In this document: positions 39,501-52,800 of the stretch, in pieces
Position numbering within the stretch: position 1 is the first letter of the stretch
Layout: every line of letters begins with the position of its first letter
Assembly: GCA_964035545.1 (NCBI GenBank)
Contig: OZ037769.1
Coordinates: 7,731,929 to 7,795,928 of the forward strand
Direction: 5' to 3'
DNA length: 64,000 nucleotides
From: Bugula neritina
Taxonomy: Eukaryota > Animalia > Bryozoa
Translations under genes and position numbers: made by a program
The notes under the pieces: model-generated
Told to the model about the DNA's origin: nothing
Database searches by the model: none
What the model saw: the letters and a program-made list of their open reading frames with translations, nothing else

Positions 39501-42500
39501 CAAAGCGGAGATAGGTGAGAATAGGTAAGGTATATAGCACATGGAAATTTATCGAGTGAATGCTTGTATAATGCAGATCCATAGATGAAAATTTATATAC
39601 ATACATGTGATACTTGCTTTTTTGTGCTTGAGTTTGTAATTATGAATATCGGAAAAAATAGCAACCATGACAACTGTAATGGCGGTGTGACATCTAGCAG
39701 GTCAAAGACTGAATTATACTACAAAAAGAGTAAAAGCAATATTTAAAACAAAATGAAGGACGTCTTACATCTTTCTGCGGTTTCTTTTATAGACATAGAA
39801 GTTGCATATCCGTTGGCAATCATCTCAGTAGTAACATTCTTGCCGCGTGAGTATAGATGAGCCAACAGAATGGGGCAGCCATTCCTACACAGAGTCATCT
39901 TTGCCTCCAAATCACCATTAATGATTTTCTCGAACCACCTCACAGCTCTGTCTGAGTACGCACCAGTTGATGTTGGAGCTGTTACCTACGGAATACAAGA
40001 AGTACTTTGACGGATGGTTGAGAGTGAATAACTTGATAACGAAAACAGATTATGTGCATCTTTATAACATTGGCTAGACCACACCAAAAGCCAAATTCAA
40101 CGTTCCCAACTTTAGTAATTAATTTTCATTGATTATGCTTTACTTGAGGCTTTGAAGTTAGCTCAACTTTTGAAGATATAAAATATGTTTTTATATGTAC
40201 AAGAAGCCAAGTTATTACTTCTTAGACTACACAAGGTGGAACAAATGAATAGTTTGTGTTTTTTCTTGCACACCAGAATGAATAACTTAATAGTGAATGG
40301 TCGCGATAAACTTAGTTACCAAGCACACACACACACATATATTCTCCCAAGAATTGAGAGGATAAAACATAAAATGTTGGTTTAATGCTGGCAGAGAGAA
40401 AGATCTTACACCGTATATGGAGCAGAGAGTAGCCTGGGGCGGAAAGGAAATAAGATTTTGACTGATCTTCAGGAAAGAAGATATAGAAACCAGTTCTTCA
40501 TTTCCATAGTCGATAAAGAAGACTCTAGCTTTCTTTGCATGTTCAACTACACCAGGATTGAATAAAAAGCTATTATAACGTGTCATAAAACCAAATAAGA
40601 TAATGAAACATTACATGTAAATGCAGTGGAGATAAATGCATGCATATACATGCATGTATTCCAACCATTCCTACATTATATATAAAGTAAAATATAATCC
40701 CCGTAGTATAACATGACTGAGAATATCACTAACTTTATATGTCAACAAATTTTGCTTTTAAACAACAGTAAATTTTTGTTTGTAAACCTTTGAATGATCC
40801 TGCAACGAGGGCGAGTCGAACAGTGAAGATAATTTCAACATAGGTCAAGTTTAGCCTGGCTAAATACTTTCAACTGCTGTCGTTTATTTCAGCATGCTTT
40901 TCAGAAAATACTTAATACTGTTTTCTTGATTCCCTCAGCATGAAATTTAGTTGATTGACTCTCTAACCACTCTCTCCCAGCAACTTTAACCTCCTCATAA
41001 CTCTCCACATGCTCAGCGATAAAAACCAAGCTGAATGATTGAAAGTATGCAGCAACATCTGAACGAGAGGCACCAGAGAGATGGAGACTTCTGTTTAAAC
41101 AAATTTGCCAGTTGTGATGAGACCTGTGTGGCACACTATGAGCCACAGTCGATGACTTTAAAAATATCCATCGGCATGCAGAGAACTGTCCAGAAAGTGA
41201 TGTTGACAATGTTCTAGGATATGAGAGGCCCTATCACAGTAAGTTTTCTTGTGCATGGGACCACAGGAAACAGTGAAAATTACTGCCATCTGCTCCACCA
41301 AGTTAAAAAAGTACAAAGAACAAGAGAAGAGTCATGCAACCTTGTGGAGAAATTCTTCAACAAGAGAATACAAGGCCCCACTCTGCAACTCAAACCATTG
41401 ATACCATCAACCAAATACGTTGGGAACTATTGGTGCATCTACTTCAAAGTTTTGATCTTTCACCTTCTAATTACCATCTCTATACATGTACTTCAAAATT
41501 CTACACCAGAGTAATTCCAATGGAGAATCATGACAGGGCAAAAGCTACTGAGAGCGACTGGTTACCGAGACAATCTATTGAACGTTATACTCAAAGGATC
41601 AAGACCATAATATCAACATCTGTCTAGAAATTATGTTGAAAAATAAAAATAGTATTGAACTGCACTACAACTTGACTTATGGTATAATCTTCTTTACTTT
41701 TTGAACTGAATTATAATCTATATTATATCACAATATACCCGACTTACAGCTGTTTATCTTCTTGATCATGGCTCTATAGTAAAACTGATCAATGTATTTG
41801 GCCAATACTAATTCTCCGACAGATGGCGCTTTTTGTAGACCAGGAAACCTGCGTGCACCTACACCTAGGCTAAAATTTAAGGATTGAAAGAGTATATAAA
41901 AGCGAATTCTTACAAATAATTTCTTTTGTTCACGAGTAAAGAGTTACCAATTTAGCAGGAACACAGGTAACACATCTTACCAAATATCTTCCGCAATTCT
42001 CTCTACTGTAAGAGGGTTTGTTTGGAGCCAGATGTAATTGGGACCTTGATGGTATGTGCATATAACCTTTCGGGTGATATCTAGTTCAACCGTAAGACTC
42101 TTTGGGTACAAAAATACTCATATTAGAGGCACAAGTCACATAGTCTACAACGCAGTGTCACTCTAAGTCCAGGAATGCAGGCTTGCTCACAGCATACATT
42201 ATTTAAATTTTATACATTTATATTCAATTTTAGACGCTAGCAAATTTTTGCAATCATGAAATTAATGTAATGCAGCAAAGAGAGTTTTTGTGTCAATATA
42301 ACACAAGCGACCACAGTTAATATAATTTAAAAAGCAATACCTAATAATTCTTTTAAAATATGTTCCCTAAAAAGAATGAAACTAATTAAAAATTGGTTTT
42401 AGATGAAAGAACTTATAACCAAGAAAACGTCACTAAAAATATATGAAAAAAGTTTATTATTCCTTGCCATGTTTCTACAATAAAGTGTCAGGATTCTAGA

Positions 42501-45500
42501 AAAACAATTAATATTTATAGTTATAATTTACATTCTCATGAGGACAGCGCTTAGAAGCTCAACTAAATCAACAGACATAGAAAAGCATATAACAACCTAA
42601 ATAAAAAAAATTTTTCATTCAACATATTTTGCAATAGGGGTTAATGATATCATATATTTTTAAGTAGCCTTTTCTCTTAACTACTTTTACTAAAAATCAC
42701 TTGTAAAGACTTTACATAGTAGAAAAAATTATTATACTAGTACATCCATCAACTAGGCATTTTTATTATACTCATTGTACAAAGCAACATAGGTTTTCCA
42801 ATCACCTGGGTGACACATAGAACAGCGAAGCAGATTTACTTTTAGATAATAGTAAAACAATAGCTAATACTTGGTTTGTAAAGTGATGGCATAAAGTATA
42901 ATGCTGCATCTTGGGTATAGCTGGTTAAAGAGACTAAATTAGTGCTAACCTTGTAGAGAGAAAGAAGACCAGCGTGATACTGGGCAGAATCATCATGCTG
43001 GTAGGGTGATACTGCAGCTACTGCACTAGATTCTGCAGGTGTACCTTTGTCACCCGCTGCATGAGTGGCTGGTGTAGTAATTCCACCAAAGGCTTGGGGC
43101 AAACCTTTCTCAGGAGAATAGCTCAGTTGTTGGCATTCAGAGCCGTCAGGTAGTAAAGAGTCTAACTGAGAGTTACTGGAGGGTTGTGAGGGTAAATGAG
43201 AGTCACTGGATGGTTGCGACTGTAAATGAGAGTCACTGGAAGGTTGTGAGTGTAATTGGGAGTCACTGGATGGTTGCGACTGTGAGTTATTGGTAGGTTG
43301 TGACTGTAACTGAGAGTCACTGGAAGGTAGTGATTGTAACTGAGAGTTACTGGAGGAGTGTGACTGAGAGTGAAACTGTAACTGGGAGTTATTGGAGAGC
43401 TGTGACTGTAACTGAGGGGGTGAGGACTGAGAGTGAGATTGTAACTGAGACTTGGGTTGTGAACAACTTAACAGTTGAGGGTATGGCTTAACTTGTGAAT
43501 TTGAACCGTCACCAGAAAATGGGGAGACTTGAGAGAGTGGAGGCTGTGAAGGAGCAGTAGACTGACTCGTGCTGATGGTTTTATCACCAGATGTGAGATT
43601 ATTAACCTATAAACAAAATCAGATAAATAAAAAAGCATGAAACTGTTATAGATTATAATGGTGTTAGACATATGTGACCAGTCGCGACAAAACCGGGGAT
43701 GTGGCGGCGTTTATTAAGTGTAGTAAATGAAGGTTTAATTTGGAAATACTTAAATTTGAAATTAATTTCCAATTTTCAGATTTTAGACTTTTCTAGTGCA
43801 AAAAAATATAAGGATTTCAAAAATCATACTTTCGTAAGCATTTGATGATTCCTTCAGCTCTAAAATTGCATTTAAAGCTGGTAACTAAGGCTTTCAATTT
43901 TTTAAATGATGAAAAAATTGCGAAGTTATCGATTAAAGAAAGAAGACAATTTTAGTCACTTTCATAGCATGGAATCTTGCAAATTTATTTTTTATCAAAT
44001 GAATTTAGCTTACACCTCTTTCTTCGCACTGTCAGAAGCATCATATTTAAAATCGAAGGCTAGTTTTAGTTTTTCATCGTGTTCCATCCAAAGTTAGCTT
44101 TTAAGTTACTGAGCTGTTTTGCCCTTTGGTGATAAATGCTGAACTTAATCTTTATCTTTAGCGTTCAAGCTTGAAAACCACAACAATACAGGTAATTATA
44201 CTCAAAACAATCATTTACGCTACTAACTTAGAATTGTTGCCAGGATTATTTGTAGTCATCAATTTAATAATATTTATACTATCACTAGGACACTAGGAGT
44301 AGGAGTCTGTCTTAGTCTATTCTATTCTTATTCTATACTACTACTAGTACTAGTAACTATTTAGATGGCTTTCACTATGACTCACAGTTTGAGGTACGGT
44401 TACTCATAATGATAATCATAATGACTATTATTCATGATTTACTGATACTGGTATTTGGTAGTAAAACCAAATGTAACTCATTAATAATAATAGTTAATAC
44501 TAATAAGTAATAGTATAACTATAACTATAAGTTTAGTATAAGTATAAGTAATTAATAATTATAAATTCACTATTACTATTAGTATTACTATTACTTATTA
44601 CTTATTAGTATTACTGTATTATTTATTTGGGTCTGACTCTGAGTTTTGCCTTTGCTATTAATACTTGATACTCATACTGATAGTATTATATTTATTGATT
44701 TATTCTATAGTTGATATTTCAATTTACATTAGACTTACTCTTACTCTTAGTAACTTTTAGCCTCTGTCTTAGATTTTGTCAATACAGTTACTGATTACTA
44801 TTACTATTAGTATTAACATTAGGCCTACTAGTACTAGTCAAACTACCGGTTCCTTTTGTGATTTTTAAATTAGCTCGAAGTTTGATTTAAAATATAATGA
44901 TAAAATCTTTATCACATTATGCAGGCTTACAGTTAGTGTTACTATCAAAACTCAATTGATAATCATATTTATATTCATAAAAGCATCACCTATAACCAAA
45001 TTGAAATGATATATGTGACTAAATGTAAATGATTATAATGATGAAATATTAATGCGAGTTCATGATGATTCTATAGTTGACTGACTTAGTTTTTCAGTAA
45101 GTTACTTTTAGTCTTATTTAGTGAGTAGTAACACTAACTAAATGTATAAATAGTCTAAACTTTTTAATTTTATTTTAAGATGAGCAAAAATTTATTCATA
45201 TTTTAAAGTAATTCATTGAATTCTAATTGATTTTATAGTAAATGTCTCTAATAGATTCAGTTGCACTTAGCTAGCTTTTTTACTCAATTAAATGCCTGAG
45301 TGGTTAATAGTTATCTAAAGACATTGCTTCAAAATTGCCAATTGCAGATATGCTAGATATTCAAGTGCATAATGTGTAATTTTACTGATAATACTATAAT
45401 GTTAATATAGAATAATCCGATATTCTGTACATTTTAGAAAGTGCACTTGTGAGGGCATTAGAGTGAAGACTTATACCTACACAACTCTACTACCTATCAA

Positions 45501-47824
45501 TCTAATACTTCTAATGTAGACACTCCGAATTTTGGCTTGCAAGGTTATGGCTTCTGCTTATTTCATTCATAAAAAGGTTTGCAGTCTTTTAATGATGTGC
45601 TTGAAAATTTTCAAGCATTTTTTTAATTTAAATTGTTCTGTTTAATTCAATAAATTTAAACGTTGATGAAATGCAGGATCACAATAGTACTACAAGAGTG
45701 TTCAGCCAACTAAATTTCTATAATATAACTGGGTATAATTTCTAATCAAGCTACCGTTTCCTTTTGTTATTTAAAAAAAGTCAACATTGTACTTTCAGCT
45801 CTGGAATAGACAATAAGTGGGTAGATTTGCAGGATGGAGGTTAAGTAGCAGCATCTATAATTGCTAGAAAATCAACTGATGATAGTGATGAAGCTTTTGC
45901 CACATACATGATGTTATGTGTCCATACTCTGTAAACTCATATTATGAAGACCAAGGAAGTAGAAAGATGATAAGTGCCTTCTCTGCAAAAACTGTAGAAG
46001 CTATCTAATTTTCTTTTCTTGATAAGAGTTAATTCAAGCATAATGGTTGTATCCAGGCTGGATTTTTTACTGCATTTAATTGGTTTTTTAAAATAATGTA
46101 TTTGATGTTTTAAATGTGAATATTAATGCCTAATAAAACTCAAAAGTTCAAATAGCTGATTTTATGTTTATAATATTTTCAACATCTCAGCCAAATCAAT
46201 TGCTAAATTTAGTTGCTGTTAGAGATTATAAAGATATTTATGAATGAACCTCGCATGATCTCATAATAGTCAAATAATTTTCTCATAAGTGTTCTACTCA
46301 TAAAGCAATAATTATGAAACAGCACAGCTCAATAGCTGCAGTTTGATATATTACAGAATATATTAGAGGAAAGGGAGGTATTCAATGTATAAGAGGAAGC
46401 AGCTGCCATTTTGTTTTATATGATTTCCTGCTGACTTGGATGCCTAATTTAAATATCTCAACACACAAACTTGCTGAAACATCTTCTTCTTTGCTGGAAT
46501 TGTTAAACCTTTCAACCATTAAACAAAGTAAAAAGCAAATTGACAAATAAATTAGACAAAAAGTTTGGCGGCCATATTTGACCTAATTTTATGTTGAGGC
46601 AGCATGAAATTTAGTTTAACAGAAAGCCCAAACTTTCACAATTATTTTGATACCAAATTTGTCACTATTCCTGTTATACAAAGACCCGTTGCTAAGGCTT
46701 GTAAATTGTAAACAAATAATTCTCAACTTATTCTAGAGTTGCCAACTTTAAACGCGATTTTCTCGAAACAGTAATTTAGAAATTCTAAAAACGTTAAGGT
46801 TTTTAAATACTGATATCTCGAGTTCTACTTATGCTAGAGACTTCAAATAAAGTGCAAAATGTTCAAAAAAGTCTGCTCTATCACTCCATAGTAATAACTA
46901 GGTATCCAACATTTTATATACATCCCTTGTTTTGTGGTGCCAGGTCACATATAATTCAACAAAAAGACTGAGAAAGAAGAATTTAAGTAAATTGGTCAAC
47001 ATACAAATTTTGTGTTTAAAAGCTAAATATTTACCTCATTCGAGGAAGCTGCCTCTTCAGCTGTATGGTAAGATCTTCCACTGCTACAAAGACAATTTAT
47101 ATAAATCTTTTCTGCAGGCGATAAAACCAGGTATAGATATATTAAACGAATATAAAACTTTAAGCATTACTTGTACATCCCACTACAAAAATATAGTTAT
47201 AGCAGCTAACAAACAAGTATTTTTCAAGAGCAAAATCCAAGTGAAGCAAAGCTTTTTTTAGGAACCTGATTTCTGTTTCTTGAGAACCAGAAATATCTTC
47301 ATCTTCAGCAACTGGGTTCAAGTCTCCAGCTGCAAGAGCTGTACTGACCTCTTGCAGGTTACTCAACACATCCTGAAGAGTGCACAGACAACTCCCAAAC
47401 TGCTGCTTGAAGCCGGCACTCCTCTTATTTTCAACAAGAGATGTGAAGCTGTCTTCTGCCTGAAAAAAAAAACAGATTCATTAGCTAACAAAGTAGAAGC
47501 ACACTCAAAATTTTGAATAGAAAAAATGTTGGCCATAAGCATGTTCAGACTGTTTTTAGGTGTAAGACCACTATATGGCAGTAATTGACAAACAAAACAA
47601 TGAATGAAAAACAAAACAATGAATGAAAAATTGGATAACAAATAATTTTTTGGTATAAACTTGCTAGTGAGTCTTACCGATTTCACTTGCTCTCGAATTT
47701 GTGAAATCAACTTCAACTCTTCAGATTTTACTTCCTCCAAAAACTTGTGTGCTTTCCGGATTAGTGCCTCTTTCACGGCTGTCTGCTTAGAACCAGATGT
47801 AACTCGTACTGATTTTTCACTCAT
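30567..47824 (-). CDS. Multi-Tudor protein with CCCH zinc finger (Krimper-like layout), ~1,650 aa, 26 coding exons
   Basis: Phase-consistent exons: 47824-47678, 47459-47266, 47083-47035, 43606-42950, 42099-41981, 41869-41748, 40546-40410, 39985-39769, 39419-39317, 38980-38826, 38536-38393, 38101-37959, 37691-37495, 37277-36807, 36172-35845, 35449-35237, 35035-34882, 34591-34347, 34134-33981, 33660-33517, 33234-33133, 32717-32541, 32122-32050, 31756-31612, 31377-31166, 30738-30567 (hand sum 4974 nt). Tudor cores AKY..YYRA/FFIDYGN, AKS..YYRA/FFIDYGS, AKF..FYRA/FYVDFGN; CCCH CREYQKTGQCHRGDNCHFAH. Some linker junctions are uncertain. Confidence 0.8.
32766..33082. mobile_element. hAT (Charlie/Tip100-like) MITE
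   Basis: TIRs CAGGGCTGCCCAAC / GTTGGACACCCCTG, repeated subterminal GTGGCCC, degenerate 8-bp flanks ATTTATAT / CTTTATGC. Confidence 0.8.
35542..35743 (+). mobile_element. tRNA-derived SINE copy with perfect 17-bp TSD
   Basis: A box TGGTCTAGGGG, B box GAGTTTGATCC, GAAGAGCATCC motif; TSD ATATAGCAAATACAATA (35525-35541, 35744-35760). Confidence 0.9.
36430..36807. repeat. 21-bp minisatellite x~18 starting at a splice donor
   Basis: Unit AAGTAACTACCCACAACTACT; explains spurious YLVVVGS ORF. Confidence 0.95.
36905..37080 (-). repeat. 18-bp coding repeat (EGQVIS / EAQAIT) in Tudor gene linker
   Basis: Seen in ORF 36803-37450 within exon 37277-36807. Confidence 0.85.
38650..38832. repeat. 33-bp tandem repeat x~5.5 containing the exon-intron junction
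   Basis: Minus-strand unit ATGTCAGGTAACATCAAGTGCACCTGTTATATG. Confidence 0.9.
40806..41708. mobile_element. Decayed mariner transposon with two outward-facing 3' ends
   Basis: Plus strand 41060-41640: DETCVAHYEP, KVMLTMF.D.RG, QENTRPH, SFDLSPSNYHL; minus strand 41030-40865: EEVKVAGREWLESQSTKFHAEGIKK; CGAGGG-type terminus at 40806. Confidence 0.85.
43160..43460 (-). repeat. 30-bp coding repeat (SQLQSQPSSD-like) in Ser/Gln-rich exon
   Basis: Open frame of exon 43606-42950. Confidence 0.8.
43674..46948. mobile_element. 3.3-kb non-autonomous DNA transposon, Sola-like, with ATAT TSD
   Basis: TIRs GTGACCAGTCGCGACAAAACCGGGGATGT / ACATCCCTTGTTTTGTGGTGCCAGGTCAC, flanked on both sides by ATAT; fills most of a Tudor gene intron; superfamily call is inference from the 4-bp AWWT TSD. 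Confidence 0.75.
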
Positions 47825-48429
47825 TATGAACAGTTGAAAATCTAGAAATAGATGCTAAATTATTCAGCCAGCCCAACACTGTTTTTAGTACATAATATTA
47901 TGACCTCAAGTCAAAATATTCTTTGCATATATGACATTTAGTAATGCTATTACTGAAACAGTTACTTGTAGCAAGATGGTTCAGGAAAAAAAGGGAAACT
48001 AAGCAGTTAAACTTAATGTTTAGCTATTTTGTAAATATTACCAAATCATTAGAACTTTTTGCTAAATTTACTTAAGAAAAACTGCCACTCAGTGGAGAGA
48101 GACTATGATGACCACTAGCATGCTGATATAAAAAAATAGCAAAATTATTAAACACAGAAAATTATAACAAAAACATGGCTTACTGAGTTTTGTGTTTTTT
48201 TTCAAGACTAAAAGTAAATATTAAAATTTTAGTAAAACTAGACAGTCAGACTTAGACTGGCTCACAAGTCTGACCCTGAAACTCTGTCTCTAACAGTAAC
48301 ACTAAGTCACTAACACTAACAGTAACACTAACAGTAACTGTAAGATTAAGTGAGTAACAGTAACTGTAAGTGTAACTTGACTTTGAGCATCTACTTCGTC
48401 TTCTAGGACTAGTAGTAGTAGTACTAACA

Positions 48430-49060
48430 AATCTTACATTTCAATTTTTCCTTTATCACGATGCACCATAGCACAAATTTTGTAATATACTATTATCATG
48501 CGGTGATATTTTCAGTTTATTATAATCACCATGCCCAATTTTAAAACTTGTTAGATAAAGATGACTGGATGAGTCTTGCGTCAATAGTCTAATTGCGATG
48601 CTAGAAGATCGGCGCGGTTTAGGTTGACACTTAGCAGGCATACATGGTTAAAATTGATATAAGTACAATGAAATGTTACCTACAATATTATCTAGTCCGA
48701 CTATCTTGCAAAGCCTTAAAATCGTTATAAGCAGCACCAATGGGAGATGACTAGACGCAGGGTTTGCAAGGACAGCATTGTCAAAAACTCGAAACACCAA
48801 AACTGGGATCCGATTTACCGCGCTTAGTGACCCCCAACTCAGTGCTCCTCCAAGATATTTCGTGAAACTCACCCAGCATGGTTTTTGCAGACTTGCCACA
48901 AGGGATGACCACCATCACCAGGTGTGGAGCTTCGAATCACGAATGGGCACGACAACTTTGAGTTTGTTATTGTAGGCTCTGCAACTAGGCAGTTGAGGTG
49001 TGTTTCTCTTTAGTAGCAATAAACTTAATTAACTTTAAGGCAGAGTTGTACGTGTTGATT
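48430..49060. promoter_or_regulatory. Probable bidirectional promoter (Tudor gene / ANKRD16)
   Basis: CpG-richer island between head-to-head genes, flanked on both sides by the periodic 5' signature; both ATG exons have upstream acceptors implying non-coding first exons. Confidence 0.55.
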
Positions 49061-49829
49061 ATCGTATTCATTATGATCGTATTACATTTTCATTTTGATT
49101 TTGATTTAGAGTCAGACTCAGTGACTCAGTGACTCAGTGATTTAGTTTTACTATTCATATTGAATTATTATAATTATTATTATTATTCATATTGTAATTG
49201 ATTATCATTATCATTATGATTATATTTAATTTTATGAGGATGACATTGACTCATTTTGATTCTTAATGACTATCACTATGACTTAGACTATCAGTATCAC
49301 TATCACTATGACATTGAGTTTGACTATGAGTATGACTATCACTATGACTATGAGTATGAGCCATGATGATGAGGATGACAAAATGTAGTAGTAAGACTAA
49401 GTAGAACTGAGTAATAGTAATACTAATAGTAAATGTAATACAGTAAATGTAATAGTAATAGTAATACTAATACTAATAGTAATAGTAAGTCAGTAAGATT
49501 AAGTGTAAGTGACTAAGTCTAAGTTAGTGTTACTTATAGTTATACTCTGAGACTCAGATGGATAGTGTGTTACTGTTACGGTTTAACTTTGAGATGTTAG
49601 CAATAAACTTAACTTATTACTATAACTATTACTATTAGTAATACAGTAATAGTAAGCATAAGTATATAACTGATAATGTATTACTATTAGTAAAAAATTA
49701 TCATTATCATGCATTTTCAACTCAATAATCATTATCATAATGATCATCATTATGAAAAATAGTTGTAAATGTCTGTTGAGTCAATAGTAATACTGATATT
49801 CTTTATTTTTAGCACACTCTTAGTTAGCA

Positions 49830-52800
49830 ATGGCCAACAGGGAAAAGTTGTGGAAGTTCGTTCAGCAAAATGATTTGAAAACAGTTGAAGAGTTGTCCCA
49901 ATCAGCTCCTGAACTATTTGCCACAAATTCCAATTTCCGAAAAGGTGAAAGTCCCCTTCATATAGCCTCTAGATATGGTTTGATGGAGATGGTAGAATTG
50001 CTGTCCGGTTTCATTAATCTCAATGTCACTGACAATGATGGTAAAACTGCACTTCATGAAGCAGCTTCTGCCGGACACTCACTAGTGGTAGCTTTCTTCT
50101 TGAAACATGGAGTGAATGCAGATTGTTTAAAAGCTGCTGATTGGTAAATAAATAAGAATTTATAATTTGCCTTTGCCAGCAAGTTATTTCAATAATATAT
50201 AAAAAAGTTGGAAAGTCTTTTTAAAATAACTACCTGATGCAAAATTGCACTTAAATTTATGTGATCGCAAACTGAAGTAACAAATTTCATACTGCTTATA
50301 ATGTAGGCACCAAGGTATAAATATTCAAATTTAATCTAACTTACAATCCTTATAAACCATGATGTAATTAAAACATTATATTTTATTGTATGTTACCAAG
50401 CTTTGAAGCTTCGGTAATGTTGGTAGCCATCTTGGGTCATCTAGTAAATTAGCTTTCATCCATTTTAGTTTTGTTAATTGTTTATTGTGTAGTTATCTCC
50501 AACATTTTGTGGCCTAAACTCGCACTGAAAGCTAGTTTGATTAGTTTACCTTATGTATTTTGGTTTATGATATTGCCTGTCAAACCTCACTCCAACCAAC
50601 AAGCTCCCTTCTAATAAGTTCATTCTCATTGTCAGGACACCGTTGATGATGGCCTGTGCTAAAGGGCATATTGGTGTAATGAAAATATTGGTATCAAACC
50701 GTGCTTCCATAACTCGTGTCAATAAAGATGGCTGGAATACATTTCATATTGCCACAAGGTGAATATAATTTCATTTAGCATTATTCGGACATTATTCATT
50801 GTTACTACTTGTATAAAAAGAGAACCGCCAGTTTTTAAATTGCATCACAATTGAATAAGAATAAGGCAAACGTTTATTGTTTCTATGCTCTATGATATAT
50901 CTGTTCAACATTGCTAGGAAGGCTACAAAAAAATATTTTTAATGGTGTTTTTTACAATTTATAATGCATGCATAACATACTGCAATAGCTGCTGCCCATG
51001 TATGTATGACAACTAATATATTAGTGGATTTCTACTTGATTGATGGTAAAACTATGCACTATCCTGTTAAGAGTTTCAGGTTTCAATTAAATTGAATTTT
51101 GAAAAACAATATAATATGTAAAAACAAAGTCATTAAGAGAAGGAAATTTTCAGCCACATACATTGCCTATTTTATAGGTCTTTTACCTAATGTATTTTAT
51201 ATTATATCAGGATGTTTTATATTATGTTATAACTTATATTAGTATATTTTATTTTACTGTAATGCTTAAGAATGATTGCTATAATTATAGTAAGTTATAA
51301 AAAGTAAGTTTCATTATACAACAGGGCTAAAGTGAGGCATCCTGCAAGCTTAAATGATGTTTTTAAGAAAGATTTCTTTTCCTTCAATTGTGAAATATAT
51401 AGTAACAGTTTATAAAGGCTTCTTTGTAGCTATTAATGGTCCTTAAACTGTTGAAGATATTTTTAGTCATATTAGTTTATTTTTTAAAAGTATTTTTATT
51501 AATTATATGGCAATTTCTTTCACAGGGATGGAGGTACTCAAATAGTGAGTTTTCTATTAGATGAAGCTCCTAGTTGTTGGGATACATCAAGTAAAAATGG
51601 CCGAACTCCACTTCACACAGCTGGTAAATTTTTATTAATACCCAGTCTGTTGTTAAAAGCTAAATATTGAGTTTGTGTTCATATTTATTAATAAGACTAG
51701 GCATGAAACAATATTTTGATAAGCATAGTTTGGCTTAGAAAGTTTACTGTTCCATCTTGTCACATTGGCTGTAGTGTTTATAGATTTAAACTCTTTGTTT
51801 ATCAAATGGTCATTTGTCCACCACACACTAACAATAGAATTACTCAACCTTTTCATCCCAAAGTAAAATGCCCTTCATAATAATAATGATAATAATGAGG
51901 ATTAGATAGTAATATAACAATATAATAATAAGGACTAGAATACATGTTCCTACAGCTGGCAGCGTGTTGTCACAAGTGCTTTTGAGGGGAATTCATAATA
52001 TTATTTAACCAGCCAACTAGCTTAGATTATCCTCCTTTAGTTACTTTTCATTTGTGAGGACTAGTGTCAATCTAGACCTCCAGTAAGCAAGTTGTGGTAC
52101 TCCCTTGAGAAATTCTTATTCATATCAATTACAATCTCTTGGAGAGGTAAAGGAGGTATATTGTATTTATAATATTTTTCAACTTCATAATGTTTATTTG
52201 TATTACCATTTTGGTTGAACTACATACATGTTATTAGAATTAAACTTAGGTTATGCTGTGCATTTTTATTCATATTTCTTAATTACTTTGCAGTGTTACG
52301 GTGGTGATGATTAGACCAATAACACATTAGACAATCAGTATAAAACTTCTACGTTATCTAGGAGGGCATTGCCATTTTTTCTTTCAAAATTTTTACAATA
52401 ATATATTATTTAGACAACTTTTTTCATCGTAAAACTCATTTTTTCCTGAAGCTTCCTGCAATTGAAATGTTTTTTCTCTTCTCTTACATAGCTGCTTTTT
52501 ATCCTAGCCATACATGGAAGAGTTGAATGCCTGAAACTGCTGCTTTCAACCAGATGTCAATATGATATTAATTGCAAAGACAGTTGTGGCTCTACACCTT
52601 TGATGGATGCCATCCGAAAAGGTAGCTTGTTTGAAATATTGAAATGCTTGGTGGTTGTGGCACTCTATCTGATGGTTTGTTTCCCCATGTTGTTTCACCA
52701 TTTATCTGTTTTCCGGTTTTCAGACCATTCTAGTGTGGTGAACCTTCTATTACTGAACGACGCTTCAGTTCTTTCTGAAAACATTCTCCAGAGAAACTGC

